DNA of 47,066 bases, filler included, from Jimgerdemannia flammicorona (lineage: Eukaryota), in assembly GCA_003990765.1 (NCBI GenBank). It is 2 parts of 2 records of this genome, joined end to end, with 100 filler letters (N's around TTAATTAATTAA, not from the genome) between each part and the next. Parts side by side here need not be neighbours in the genome. Positions count along the whole stretch, not along the records: positions 1 to 23,483 come from RBNJ01001102.1; 1 more part is not named here. One strand, written 5' to 3'. Position numbers and translations under genes: made by a program. Below are positions 1-12,389 of the stretch, one piece after another. The notes under the pieces were generated by a model. The model was not told the DNA's origin, searched no databases, and was given only the letters and a program-made list of their open reading frames with translations. Numbering within the stretch: position 1 is the stretch's first letter; every line of letters begins with the position of its first letter.

Positions 1-14
1 GGCTTTGTGCTGGA

Positions 15-2168
15 ATGACACCTCTGCAAATCACAGCATTGTATGGACACTACGGGATAGTACAATTCCTACTAGATGTCTGGCTCATCGATGTCGACAC
101 AAGGGGGAGCGACAGACAAATGGCACTTTTTAAAGCAATACAAAATGGTCATACGTTGATCACAGAGTATCTATGTTCGAAAGGCGCAGATGTAAACGCT
201 GTAGATGACTATGGTAACACCCCATTGCATGTCGTCGCAACACACGGTCGCGCGGCCATTACTGATCTTACAAGTTTTAATCCATTAGGAGGGCCCCATA
301 TTTTTGCTCTCAATCGCCAGAACATTAACCAACAGACTCCACTGCACCTAGCAGTAGAACACAATGCAGATGCGAATGCAGACGACCATAGAGCTGTTGC
401 GCGGTGGCTCATCCACCGGGGCACAGATTGCAATGCAGGTGACCTGCAGGGTCGAATGGCACTCCATCTTGCTATTCTCGCCGACAATTGGATCGTTGTG
501 CAGTACATGCTGTTCCGCAAACGAATACCCCCCAAAAGGGCTATTTTGCTAGCTGTAGCACATGGAACTCCACAACGAGTGAGGTCGCTGTTTGAAATGG
601 TTACCGCGACCCCTATCACACTGTTAGACTGCATAACAAAGGCTACCAAACAACCAAACAAACTATGTGTCATCGACATGTTGCTGACAATGGCCAGACC
701 TGTGGCTGCATTCGAAATAGATTGGGTTCTACATACGGCGATATCGATATACAGCCTTGTGGGCATAGCGGCCGTACTGTGCAAACACGTTACCAATGCC
801 AATTATACTACGATGCATGGATGCACGCTGCTCCATGATCTAGCTGTATACCTGAGTGGATTTCGTGTCATTGCACCCCTGCTACTCGATAGAGGCACAG
901 ACATCAATTTCAAAGATGCACAAGGACGAACGCCGCTCCATTTCGCTGTCTTGAACCAGAGAGACTCATATCTGGTATGGTTGTGCCTCGCAGGTGCAGA
1001 CGTCAACATATCTGACAACCAGATGCGTATGCCGATCCACGACGCTGTAGCCGTAGGGTCCACATTTGGGTTTGCTGTGTTGCGGGCATATGGCGCCAAT
1101 CTCGATGCTGTCGACAAGTTGGGTTGTATACTGCTGCACATATTGCTTGCCGACCGCACAGACTGCGGTCAGACTACAGCTATGGTAGAGTTTTGCAACC
1201 CACCATGCCAGCAGCATCCACCATGGCACTCAACAACACCACTACTGTATGCGCTGCCGGTCGAGATAATGTATAACATATTTGTGTGGCTACAACCATT
1301 ACCACATGGCCATCCCTGTATCAACATCACAGATCTCGTGAACGCGTCGAGGGTGTGTGTCGCGTGGTACGCGATCGCCCGTGGGATGCTCGACGATGTG
1401 ATGGCGTGTCCATTCCCTCCGAATTGCTCTACCTACACGAATCGGATCATTGGGTTCCATGCATTGCTGGAGTCGGCATCGAGGTGGACAGAGCTGCGCA
1501 TGGACTATCACACTGCAGTGACGACAGTCGTCGTGTTTGTGAACACGCTTCATGCCAATCAACTATGCTGTACAGCACTGCTGCAGATCATGGACATCAC
1601 ACGGCCAAAGCATGTGGGTCTGTATCTCGACAACTGCACAGATGCCGAGATAGCATCGCAGATACCATTCTGGACCCAGCTTGCAGGCTGCGCAGGTTCG
1701 GTGAGCGAGCTGCTGATCCGACTTCCGTTATGCAAGTACGCCAATAACATGGTGGGCATGTACATTCATGCTGTTAAAGATACGCTTTCAACAGTAACAT
1801 TAGTTGGTGATGCTGGACCGCTCACATGCAGCGCACTGGCCGACTGTTCCAAGGTTGACACCGCAATGCTCTTTGGGTGTCGGTTGTTAGTTGTTAACTC
1901 GCCTATCAACAACACCCTCGCTGCGCTTCTGATGCTGCGACACGTGCACTTAGGGATTGTAGACGGCGACCTGTCAAATGCTATACAGTGTCTTCTAGGT
2001 TCGTCGCTGGAAGATGTAGTTGTGGTGTGCAACTCGACGATCAGCGACATGGCTGTGGAGACCCTGCTTCGCAAGCTAGATCAGCTAAGACAGCGAAATC
2101 CCCATCTCCAATATATAAGCATAACACATCCTGATAGCATGCGCCGTCTTGTTGAAATAGGTACATAG
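15..2168 (+). CDS. Ankyrin-repeat protein with internal F-box-like motif and LRR-like C-terminus; intronless, probably 5'-truncated by the window edge
   Basis: Multiple ANK motifs (GNTPLHVVA, QTPLHLAVE, GRTPLHFAV, GADVNAVD, GTDINFKD). F-box-like LLYALPVEIMYNIFVWL...ASRVCVAWY. The frame is open back to the window start. Several TPLH motifs are degraded (MALH, MPIH, CTLLH). Confidence 0.85.
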   Translation: MTPLQITALYGHYGIVQFLLDVWLIDVDTRGSDRQMALFKAIQNGHTLITEYLCSKGADVNAVDDYGNTPLHVVATHGRAAITDLTSFNPLGGPHIFALNRQNINQQTPLHLAVEHNADANADDHRAVARWLIHRGTDCNAGDLQGRMALHLAILADNWIVVQYMLFRKRIPPKRAILLAVAHGTPQRVRSLFEMVTATPITLLDCITKATKQPNKLCVIDMLLTMARPVAAFEIDWVLHTAISIYSLVGIAAVLCKHVTNANYTTMHGCTLLHDLAVYLSGFRVIAPLLLDRGTDINFKDAQGRTPLHFAVLNQRDSYLVWLCLAGADVNISDNQMRMPIHDAVAVGSTFGFAVLRAYGANLDAVDKLGCILLHILLADRTDCGQTTAMVEFCNPPCQQHPPWHSTTPLLYALPVEIMYNIFVWLQPLPHGHPCINITDLVNASRVCVAWYAIARGMLDDVMACPFPPNCSTYTNRIIGFHALLESASRWTELRMDYHTAVTTVVVFVNTLHANQLCCTALLQIMDITRPKHVGLYLDNCTDAEIASQIPFWTQLAGCAGSVSELLIRLPLCKYANNMVGMYIHAVKDTLSTVTLVGDAGPLTCSALADCSKVDTAMLFGCRLLVVNSPINNTLAALLMLRHVHLGIVDGDLSNAIQCLLGSSLEDVVVVCNSTISDMAVETLLRKLDQLRQRNPHLQYISITHPDSMRRLVEIGT

Positions 2169-2268
2169 TGAATAAATATATCACGATAGTTGTCTGTAGT
2201 AACGCACAATGACCAAACAACATCGTAGACATCGCCACCCTTGAGCCAGTTCAATTCGTTTATTTGCA

Positions 2269-3633
2269 CTATAAAGTAAAGGCCACAAACGTGACGCCAT
2301 CATCAAGAACCTGACACTCTGTGCCACTATAAAGCGTCACTACAGCACAGCACGTGTCCTGAAATTGGGACGGGAATCATGCGATTTGCTTGCCGTCTAC
2401 TCTAAACTGGACTACATGACAACATTTGTAGTAGGACATTTCCATGATACTGTGTGGGGCAAGTGTAGTGTGTGTGTCATATGCTGTCTTGCTCTCGTCT
2501 GTATACGTGTAGCCAGTCGATCCGAATGACACCCCACATATACGATGACAAGGGCCATCTGTGTTATTGGAGTGCAATACCCGCTCGCCAATGAACCCGA
2601 GCTCCAGAAATGTGGTTTCCTGAAAGGCCCAGCCGTCCACAGATCTCACCTGAATGCACCATGTTATACGACATTTATCCGCATTATCTCTTGTGTTAAT
2701 GATCTGCACTCTTCTAAACTGCATGCGATCAGGATGCTTGTATGATACTGTGTGCTCCTTGTCTGAAATAGTCAGATTGTCCCACATCGCTGTTGCTCGA
2801 CTGAGCGAGGGGTGGGTGGTGTCGGGGCATTTGCAGTGCATCGACACAGTATACGGAAATAAAACGCACGCCAGTGAATCATCAGCTATCGCACAACTGA
2901 TAACATTGAGCCGATGTATGCATATCCTGTCGAGTGCGATGTAACGCATCAGTGCTACTAAGGATGCTTTGTTGCTGATGGTGATAGCGCCATAGGTAAT
3001 CTGCATGTTGCATATGTCGCGAAACACGTGCAAGCAATCTGTGAGCGACGGCAAAGGAGTCTGCTCGCGCCAGACGCAGTTGATCACGGCCAGCAACAAC
3101 ACATGTTCTGGTGTGGCAACGGAGTCGGGTGTTGCAATCAGCAGTTCGAGTGCGTCTGTGGTGAGAGTGTCCAACGTTGTCAACTCAAGGATAGCGGTGC
3201 ATGGCTGGTAGAGCACCGCACTATAGAACGATGCATTAGATATGTCGTTGTGTGCCACTACTGCTACCACCGCATTTAGAAGAGCAATCACAGTGTGTAT
3301 GTCACGAATCGCAGAAATCTGCTTGATGATGGCCTGCTTCAGATCGCCGAACAGCAAAAAATCAGCGGCGTAATACACCCCAACGAGGTCGACACACTCC
3401 ATCGTCGTTGTCTGTATCGTGTACATGAATTCAAGCATGGCTTGTAGCACAATCAAAGATATGCTGCCCAGCATTGTGGTCCTGGACTCTACCTTGCCTA
3501 TGGTGCCAAAAAACATGGCCTTGAAGACAAGACTATGCATGGCGAGGACAAAACTACAAGCATGGATGGTGACACCGTCTGAGCATGTAATCGTCACGTC
3601 GTGGTATATCGAGTCAGCGAGGTCTCTGTACAT
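2269..3633 (-). pseudogene. BTB/POZ(-BACK) protein with SPRY-like C-terminus; probable premature stop at 2377-2379
   Basis: DVTITCSDGVTIHACSFVLAMHSLVFKAMFFG...LQAMLEFMYT...YYAADFL is a BTB domain. The frame continues past the TGA at 2377 (FPSQFQDTCCAVVTLYSG...) to a TAG at 2269, followed by a minus-strand AATAAA. This fits a CGA>TGA change. The SPRY call is tentative. Confidence 0.7.
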
Positions 3634-3850
3634 TACGGATTTAAAGATGTAGTGTGTATTTACAAAATAAAATCGCTGTACCACTCCACGCTATTTTTGA
3701 ACTCTGTGGCATACATGTCTATTGTTACCTGACTAACTGGATTTAGCAGTGTGACCAGCCAAAGATTAAACTTCTTGTGTGTCGAGAACTATTTAATAAC
3801 CACAGCGTTTTTCATTGTAAGCAACTATTTCCGTTAACAATACCGCACTC

Positions 3851-4322
3851 ATGGCCGACTTAAGTGAAATTGATACACTAAGTGATGATGAACATAACTC
3901 TGATGCAAGCTCATCATCCCCACCATCACTACCACCTCCCATCGACACTTCGATGTACCCAAGCGACAAACGAGAAACTCCTCCTTTGTTATTCAACCCA
4001 AATACGAAGATTATATTCATTTTAGGATGTAAAGTTTGGTAGCTCTAGCACAATTACCAATAAATTCGATTGTTGTAAATATTTGTAGGGTGGCTGTGTC
4101 CACAGAATGCAACCGTCACAACTATGTGTGATGTCAGTGTCGTGGGCCTGGAACAACTATGTCACTGATTTGGAATCAACATTGGTTAAACGAAGTTCCG
4201 GCTACCGTAATTCTATATGGATACCACGAGCTGTTTATTATAGCATGCAACTGCATTGCGAATTATCGCAGATACTAATCAACAATGGTCATCCTCCAAA
4301 TTCGACCTGGATCCATGCATGA
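3851..4322 (+). CDS. Possible small hypothetical gene with one intron (~4030-4089)
   Basis: Acidic Ser/Pro-rich ORF 3851-4042 and ORF 4107-4322 can be joined by a GT...TAG intron. No family recognised. Confidence 0.3.
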
Positions 4323-5033
4323 AACAAAAATATTGCCGTCAATGTCTTCTGTGTCCAACACAAAGTCGTGTATTGTTAACAATCCCATGATATCTCTAGC
4401 AGAATATATAAGAGTGGATGGGTTAAATATTGAACTAGTAAAGGCATAGAACAAATTCATATACTCAACATACTCTTTTGTCAATTGACAGTCCAATTCA
4501 GGAACTCCATCATATTCTTCTTGCAGACGAATGGCAATTTTGCTGTTATTGTATATAAAATTAAAAACATTCATAGCCAGAGGATTGACTGTCGGAGTCC
4601 ACAATGATTCAATAGGATTGTGGTAATTCTTGCATGAGATGTTGCAAAAACGCTGTGCTCCCTTGTATATTTGCATCTCTGTCTCAGAGCTGATGAAGCG
4701 GGTGCTGGTCATCGTGACTTGAAAGAATTCGGCGACGCCGTCTATAGTGGTGAATACTAATACCCATCTGGAATTCTGAATGGTGTATTCCAGACAGGTA
4801 GCAGCAAACGCGATTGTTGCCCCACTTTTGACCACGTTGACCTTTCTACCAACAATATTGATGTCACCCACGGAGATGAGGATGCAAACGTCGTGCATCC
4901 ACATGTGGTAAAGGGTACCCTTGCTAGTTTTTGCCTGATAAATTTCGGCGAACTCCTCTGAAGATAGGTAGTAGAGTCCTCTGTGTTGGTCCATTATTGA
5001 GTTGTACTTTGGTGTGATTGTTGTATTACACAT
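4275..5033 (-). CDS. Hypothetical protein, 252 aa, intronless
   Basis: Long ORF preceded by an AT-rich (TATATA) leader. No family recognised. Confidence 0.55.
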   Translation of the reverse strand: MCNTTITPKYNSIMDQHRGLYYLSSEEFAEIYQAKTSKGTLYHMWMHDVCILISVGDINIVGRKVNVVKSGATIAFAATCLEYTIQNSRWVLVFTTIDGVAEFFQVTMTSTRFISSETEMQIYKGAQRFCNISCKNYHNPIESLWTPTVNPLAMNVFNFIYNNSKIAIRLQEEYDGVPELDCQLTKEYVEYMNLFYAFTSSIFNPSTLIYSARDIMGLLTIHDFVLDTEDIDGNIFVSCMDPGRIWRMTIVD

Positions 5034-5299
5034 ATATATATTGATGTCACCCCAAACAGTTGCACTTCCACTTTTGGTGTTTTAGTGACCCGCTTATTTG
5101 TACTCGATAAGCATTTGTATGATATCTATGTGTCCCTTAACAGATGCAATATGGGCGGCTGTCCTACTATCACGATCCGTATAATTGATTATTTCCTACT
5201 CGCAATTTGGAATTACCCTTCGAAACAGCATATTTATGTATGAGAACCGACTGATAAATAAACAGTTGTAAAATAAATTTACATGGTTATATAACTTTG

Positions 5300-6977
5300 C
5301 TATTTTAGTAGCGTATCCCTAAACACCCTATCCACAACTAAGTAATCCACATCTTTCACCGGTATTCCAGAATCACTCTTGAACATCACGCCTCGAAAGT
5401 TTTGTGCAAACTCTTTCAGGTCGTCAAACTTGGGATGAAATGCTGCTAAAACACTAGTTTCGAACAGCTGCGCATTCATCATCCCGGCCTTTAACATCGC
5501 AATACCATGTAACGACCCCCTTGTTCATTCGTCAAGATTGGGTCTATCATGCGATGTCGCGGTTCTACCGTGGTAGCAACAAATCCAAATAAAAACATAA
5601 AAGAGTGACTCGATGTCGTGCGAATGCGTATGCACCTCGTCGCCGAGGAGAACGTGGATTGCCATGAACGGACCAGTCCCAGTGCGATGATGATGCTTGG
5701 TGTTGGACCGCAAATCCTTGATGAACACTGCATAATCGAGGTCGATGATGACCCCATGTCCAGTGGGACCAATAACAATGTTGTTGATGGAGACGTCATG
5801 ATGACAAATTCCGATCCCAGTAAGTTGTTGGAGTCCACCGAGCGCATCGCGCAAGATGGTGAGCAACTCGTGGTGGTTGGCAAAGTCAGTGATTCGTTTA
5901 CCAACCGTCGACATGACTAGTTGCGTGTGGATACGGTATGCCAATTCTCGATCTGTCGGTTGCAAGCCCATCTGGACATCCTTTGTAGTGTTTAGGTCCT
6001 GGTGGTTATAGTACATGGCAACCTTGGCTTGCTTCTGAATCGTGTGAAGACGTTTGGTTGCATATTTCAACAGACACCACTCGGGCTCACGTGTCGACTG
6101 TCGTCATGAGTCTTTGATCACATAGTGTGTGTTTGTCGTGTCACCCAGCTTGGTCACAATCCAAACCGTCATCGCTCGTGTATTGATGCCAGCATTGCGG
6201 TAGATGCACTTCAACAGGGTGAAGGTGTCTAGTCTGATTACAACAACGCGTCCGTTTCGGGTGGTCTGGATGGTATTGTTGAATCCAAACTTGTTGTCTG
6301 CGAGGCCGACAATAATGCGTATAAACAGTAATGGCTGCACATCAATGTCGACGACCTCCGAGCCAATGGCGCCGCTCCGGTCGAATATCCAAACGTGCAT
6401 TCGATGACCACAGATTGTGACCCCTACCATGGCATTGCGGGTGTCCTGTGCACCAAACACCTCCTGGATGTAGCTGGCAAGTTGATAATATGTATCATTG
6501 TTGTTGGCATTCTCGTTGCTCTTGACCTCGAAAACGTGTTGAACATCGGCCCAGTTTGCCACCAACCACTGTCGTCTTCCCTTTAGAAGCGACACCACAT
6601 CCGGTTTGCATTTCGCATATACACCTTCCAGAGGAGTATCGCCATGCTGATGGTAATATACATATAAGCAATTTCGGATTGTGCATTTTGGTAATGATGT
6701 TCGCCAGTTTGGTAATTGCCGTTTCTAGATTTTCACCGCTATCGAGAACAGACCAGCGTGCATTCGTGTAGACCTTGGTCCATTTGCATTTCTTGAAAAT
6801 TGCGTCCATGTCCTTGCTGGGGGGGAATAGCGCATCAATGACCCCAGGAACATTGTGAACTAGACAGTCTTCGAGCTCCATTCGAAGTAAAGGGTCTACT
6901 GTTTCGCGAATGTGTGGTCCAAAGACCGAACCGCTATTCTGTATAACTGGCGTGGGTGCACGTAGTATTGTTTGTGG
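5300..6977 (-). pseudogene. Fungal-type protein kinase FunK1 (Pkinase_fungal), disrupted
   Basis: Motifs KPD, WADV..VFEVKS, QLASYIQEVFGAQDTR, WIFDRSG, YVIKDS[W>*], HHDVSINNI (canonical HRD), IIDLDYA, RTGTGPFMAI, HDIESLFYVFIWIC. In-frame TGA at 6104 and 5525 replace expected Trp residues. Frameshift near 6660. Confidence 0.9.
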
Positions 6978-7210
6978 CTACGACAATTAACAAACATTAG
7001 TATAAATATAAATATATTATTTAATTTACTCTCTATACATATATATATTATATATAACTTATATGAATATGATCTAGCATTTGCAATTCTAACCTTTTAG
7101 CAAGGTCCTTAATGGTGTAGCCATCTACACGGTAATATATAATAATGTTAATATATATATTTATATATTTCACAATATATAATATCATAAGAATTATATT
7201 AATATATTAC

Positions 7211-7603
7211 CAGATCTATACGATGGTGGTTGCTGATGCTGGTTCAGTGAAACTGGTGTATATATTGAAATGTTACATAACCACATGTTGGCAAAATAAC
7301 CTGAACGATATAATTTGATAACATTACTAGGCAGCTTGACATTGATAGGGTTGAATTCACCAATTTGATAGTAGCTGACAAGTGCGTTGAAAGAATTGTG
7401 TTTCCTAAAACAATTCCCATCTAGCTCAGTATCATCGCCAGAATTGGGATGGACAACCCAGAGAACCAGCCGGACATGACTGCAGGTAATATCATCAGGC
7501 ATAGATGTTTTGATTACGAAGCGGAGGTCGTCGATGTCTTTTCCACTGAAATTTCGGAGTTTTATTGCTTGACAGTTTAGAAGGTCGACGTGATACCAAA
7601 TAT
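7211..7603 (-). CDS. Exon encoding a second Crinkler-like ubiquitin-fold header
   Basis: AG acceptor at 7605-7604 gives DIWYHVD...KDIDDLRFVIK...LVLW, resembling the W....DVDDLR.AIK header type. The exon ends TCT G|gtaata at 7211/7210. Confidence 0.55.
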
Positions 7604-7732
7604 CTAAATATCATATAAATATAAATATTAGAAAGACTCATATACTCTACCATTTGCATAGCATCGACCCGCGTGCCTATTTTGTTTTTGTTTTTACACC
7701 ATAATCAACAAAACACATATCTTATGACATAC

Positions 7733-8090
7733 CAGAGGAAGACGTAGTATGGCGCTGTACTATAATAGATATATATTCATTGTCACCAAGTGAATTTGGA
7801 AATACCTTGGCAACTGAATCACTCTCGTGTAATATAGTAGCAGTTGTTGTCGTCGTAGGATCAACTATTTTCCATATAGAAGTTTCGTCGTTATGAAGGT
7901 GAACCTTCCACAACATGATATCCTTTACATCGATACCTTGGAATGTGTGTGGATAGCCCCTAGTTATGGTACTCTTGACGAACTCTATAGTCGAGGTCTT
8001 GTCAATGGTGACAGAGAATGGGCGACTGCCAGGATCGTTGTGGACCACACACCAGAGGGTTGTACCTCTTACTCTTAGTTTCCTAGACAT
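7733..8090 (-). CDS. Crinkler (CRN) effector N-terminal ubiquitin-like header; first exon of a probable CRN-CRN-FunK1 gene
   Basis: TLWCVVHNDPGSRPFSVTIDKTSTIEFVK...FQGIDVKDIMLWKVHL...VAKVFP...ISIIVQ matches the fungal CRN header (LFC.V...F.V.I...LWKV...HIIV). Ends TCT G|gtatgt at 7733/7732. Confidence 0.8.
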
Positions 8091-8663
8091 GACTGATAGT
8101 ACAGCATATATATATATATGAATATATAGCATCAACAATTAAATTCCTGAAATCTACTACTACTTACGTTGTTTGCAAAGAGTGTATTAGCTACCGAAGA
8201 AGCACAATGCTCTATTATGATTGAACTAAAAAGGACTCCAAAACATCTCTATTTTCGGAGATATATCACGAGATCTGGGTCTAGACTTGGCCCATTATTT
8301 TCAAATTTGGGTGTCAGTTCGCGTGATGTCATCATATACATATATATTACGGTCACAAGTTAATAATTGCAGAAATGCCTTTGTCCCAATTTCTTTCTCT
8401 GCACATTATAGTTAGCCATTGACTCGCACGGTATCACATGTAATCCCAGAGATCAATATATATCATTATCAGCTTGGCTGTCATTATTGCAAAATATATT
8501 AAATTGATTGATCAATCGGGTGGTGTTGATGCTCCGTTTTACTCTGTTTTTAAACCAAACGTATAAGCTACAACAAGCAGCAAGGTTTTGAACAATATTT
8601 GGAAAATCAGAGCAATGTTATCCCAATGCTATATATTATAGTGCAAGATGCCCTCCTTCAAAC

Positions 8664-10725
8664 TTATACACCAGATCCCATGGTAATGTACTTGATGTAC
8701 GCCGCCCACGTTGTCGAATTCGGCACCAAAAACCCTTGCACCAGCTTAGTGTAATCCTGTGGGAACAGCCCCTTGATATCGTACTGTTTCAAGGCCTGAT
8801 ACCCCTTCTGCCAGACAACCTTGCCCTTGTTATTTGTGACCGTCAAGTTGGCGTAGTACTGGGTCCAGTCGACCAACATGCCAAACCTATGTGGGTTGGT
8901 TTCGAAATCGTAAACGCGCAGGGCGGGGTTGTTGATGGGAATCACCGAGGGAGCGTTGTTAAGCATAGTGACGATTGGATTAATGGACAGGTCAATATGA
9001 GGAGGGGAACCTCCCATCAAAGTGATGAGAGAGTAGTTGCCCGTGGAGGTTTGATTGCGGACGATGAACGAAAGCATGTCATCTAGCGAAGAAAGCGAAT
9101 GATGAAATAAATAGAGATTGTCGTTTATAGTGCTGGCCAAAAAAAAAACCCAATCACGGAATTCGGGCTGATTACTATTCTTACCATCAGTATGGCCTGT
9201 GAGGTGAGCCTGGATTACATCGGCGAATTCGCCCAACATATTTATATACGCTTTGTAACAGGTAGAGTAGAATATAATGTTGCTTGGAAGATTTGTGCAT
9301 CAACAGTAATTAATCAGGTGTTATTAATATGCTTGTGTTTTTCCAAATGGAGAAAATAATGAATGAACCCCTAAATGCTCATTGACAAAGCTGTGGCATC
9401 TGCTCACCCTTTTCATCATGGGATGGGATGTGACCCCTAGATTATAGATATGAAGCGGCAAATGTCAGAGGTAATAAATGTAAGTCTCACATCCCCCCCC
9501 CCCCTCATCAATCAAAATATACTTACATCAAATATACACTATAGCGACTATGCCTTGCCTTCTGCAAGTTAGCCTGTATCCATTGAAGCTGTACATCCCC
9601 CGCGCTGCCAGCCTTGTCACAGTCTGATACCAGGAGATTTTTGGCATAGAAGTACACAGTATTCATACTGATCACTTGAAGTTTGCCAGGGAGAATATCT
9701 TGGGTAAAATAACCGCCGTTAGTGAATGTTTTACCAAAGTTGAGGTTGAAAGGCGCCCAGAGCTTTGTCAAATTAGTTAAGAGTGATTGCGGGCCAAAGG
9801 CGATTTAGTCATGTAGATATTCATCATTGTTGCCAAGTGTCGGAATCTGGACGAGGTATCGCAACACAACGGACGAACGAATATGAGCGATTGAATTTGA
9901 GTAAATGATCATCTCCAAGCGGGATCGAATACATACAAACTTAACGCGCTTCATGTCAAAGTTTTTGTAGAAGTAATCTACCACCATCTTATGGTCTGAG
10001 AGTATATCCGTACTAGTACGCGGCATCACAACATCGCAATCCTGTGAGTAACAGACGTTAATGATCAGAGCAACTATTGGAATTTCGCTCCATTTGCCCT
10101 CTTTCCCATCACCGACATGCAATACTTATATGACGGGCTGTGTCGCCTGGGCAAATGGTGAACCCAATTATAATGTCAGTTGCAGGTATCTCTATTCGAT
10201 AATGTGTGCATGAGAATGGCTTCCGCAGGTTCAACTTACCAGTATAGATGATAAAATCGATGTTTTGCAGGGCTTCATGCATGAAGCCAAAAGAGGATTC
10301 GACCTGCAGTCCTTAATATCGTCAGTCTCTATCTGTGTGTGTAACACTATGAGAAGTAGCAACCACGCGAGTTGACCAGAAATAAGCCATTACCAGGGGA
10401 ATTGGGCTATCACAATCTGTACCAAGGGCACCATAAACACCGGTAGTGTTATTAGAGGCGAGATTGGATATGCGATGACAAAGCTGCTTAGGATCAGAGC
10501 CCTCTAGATAGGTGGGATCAACATGGATATCTGTTTATATTTGAATAAAATTAAAATTCATTGTGGTAGTAATACAACTGTCTATGAATACATACCAGTG
10601 ACATACAGGAATTTGCCCTCCCAATAGTGGCGACGGTGGGGGAGATCATGATAGGACCAAGCTACGATGGTCTGACCCAACAGGACAAAGAGAGCGATGG
10701 GGGTAAATTGTGTTTTGGCGAACAT
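8664..10725 (-). pseudogene. Secreted calcineurin-like metallophosphoesterase (endopolyphosphatase Ppn1 / acid sphingomyelinase-like), multi-exon, with an in-frame stop
   Basis: Signal peptide MFAKTQFTPIALFVLLG. Motifs KFLYVT|DIHVDPTY, CDSP, DFIIYTG, PTLGNND, VISMNT, QLQW, GHIP, GHT, APSVIPINNPALRVY. In-frame TAA at 9805-9807 (likely CAA>TAA). Confidence 0.85.
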
Positions 10726-10847
10726 GGTGCAAATGAAAGAGTGAAATGTGTAAACATTTCCATACGGAAATTCACCGATGGGTGATCATCACATGATGAA
10801 TTAACTGAATAAGAAATTAGATCACAAACACACTCTTTCACACAAAT

Positions 10848-11963
10848 ATGTCCACTACCGATATTGAACACTACAACTTTGAGCATCTCCACAAGATGCG
10901 CAATGACAATGTCGAAGTGAATGTCTCAGATTTGAAATCACTCAGTTTTAAACTGACTACCTTTGGAAGTGGGTTTCTCCATATCGTTCGGCCAGACAAC
11001 AGTGATGATAAAATCCGTGTCTGCATCAGCAGTTTTGCTGACCGCAAGGATTTGCTCAGGAGAATACAGATAACACCCACCATGGGCAAAAACAGCTTCA
11101 GTTTGGTTGTTGACAATCAACTAATTGGTAGGAATACCACATTCGACATCAATGATCGCTTGCGTATCGAAATGGTAGTACCCATCCCAATCTCGCTGGA
11201 CTATCTCGAAGAATTGCAACTCGAGAGCAATGGACAGAATATCGAGATCAACGATTTGAAGGGGCTCTTTACAGAGTCCTTTTTGGCAAACACAAATTCA
11301 GGCAGGATTTCCATCGATGATCACCTTCTTACCTCTGCCATCTCCCTCAAAACCAACAGCGGTGCCATTGGCCCTATGTCGCTCTCCGCGAACACATCGC
11401 TCTCTGTTAAGACAGTGAGCGGTTCCATCAACATCCAACAATACAACAGCAGCACAACGTCATTGGTGTCGCTTGAGACAGTCTCAGGCAGCATCGAGGG
11501 CAGTTTCATATCAGGGCAGTATTTCACGGCCAAAACTATCAGTGGGTCAGTGGATGTGGTAGTGGACATGTCAGAATCAGGCTCACGGCCAAGTGTCAAC
11601 TTGCTGACTGTCAGCACAAAAGTGTCGATCATGAAGAAGCTGAAACTATCGAGCGTTTCTGGCCCCATCAGACTAGAGCTGAATTCTGGGAACAAGGCAC
11701 TTGCGATCACAGGATCGACCGTCTCAGGTGATATGAGAATCGATTTTTCTCACCCCATTGCTGTAGACTTCACGCTGGGCACTCTTTATGGTGGTATGAA
11801 TATCCGGACCCCAAAAAACTACAGTATGGAGTACCGGGAGAAAAGAAAGACCAAGTTGTCAGGGTGGGTAAGCACACAAGAGGTTGAGTGCAATGCATCA
11901 ATGCAATTGAATACAACGTATGGGAACATACAATTGTATTTACGGATAGCTGGTCAACATTAG
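10848..11963 (+). CDS. DUF4097-like (putative adhesin) beta-solenoid repeat protein, intronless
   Basis: Repeated (T/S)xSG(S/R/A/D)I motifs: TNSGRI, TNSGAI, TVSGSI (twice), TISGSV, SVSGPI, TVSGDM, TTYGNI. Confidence 0.75.
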   Translation: MSTTDIEHYNFEHLHKMRNDNVEVNVSDLKSLSFKLTTFGSGFLHIVRPDNSDDKIRVCISSFADRKDLLRRIQITPTMGKNSFSLVVDNQLIGRNTTFDINDRLRIEMVVPIPISLDYLEELQLESNGQNIEINDLKGLFTESFLANTNSGRISIDDHLLTSAISLKTNSGAIGPMSLSANTSLSVKTVSGSINIQQYNSSTTSLVSLETVSGSIEGSFISGQYFTAKTISGSVDVVVDMSESGSRPSVNLLTVSTKVSIMKKLKLSSVSGPIRLELNSGNKALAITGSTVSGDMRIDFSHPIAVDFTLGTLYGGMNIRTPKNYSMEYREKRKTKLSGWVSTQEVECNASMQLNTTYGNIQLYLRIAGQH

Positions 11964-12389
11964 AACTTATGATTACAGTATCGCTTCTCATCGATGAGCT
12001 TCTATATCATGAATTTCACATGACTCAACACCTTGTCCTCTACTTACCTAACAGTTGAAATAGCATCTATAAATTCTATGATTATTATTTAAACGAATAT
12101 TGACAATCGTTTTCATGACTAAACTCAAGTTAACAGTGTATCGGTAATAAATTCTAGTTGAGGATGTATGGGTTTCCCAATGTTTTATAGATCATAATGT
12201 TTTTGATAACATCTTCTATTTTGATTTATCAAACATAAAACAAATAGCATGGTTTAAAGTCATTTTCGTTTTTGAAAAACGGGATTTCAGCACATTGTAA
12301 ACATGTGAACAATCGGTACCTGTGTGTATAAACAATATCCTTAAAAACATTATTGTTATATTTTAAGATGCATATACAATATCGATATC

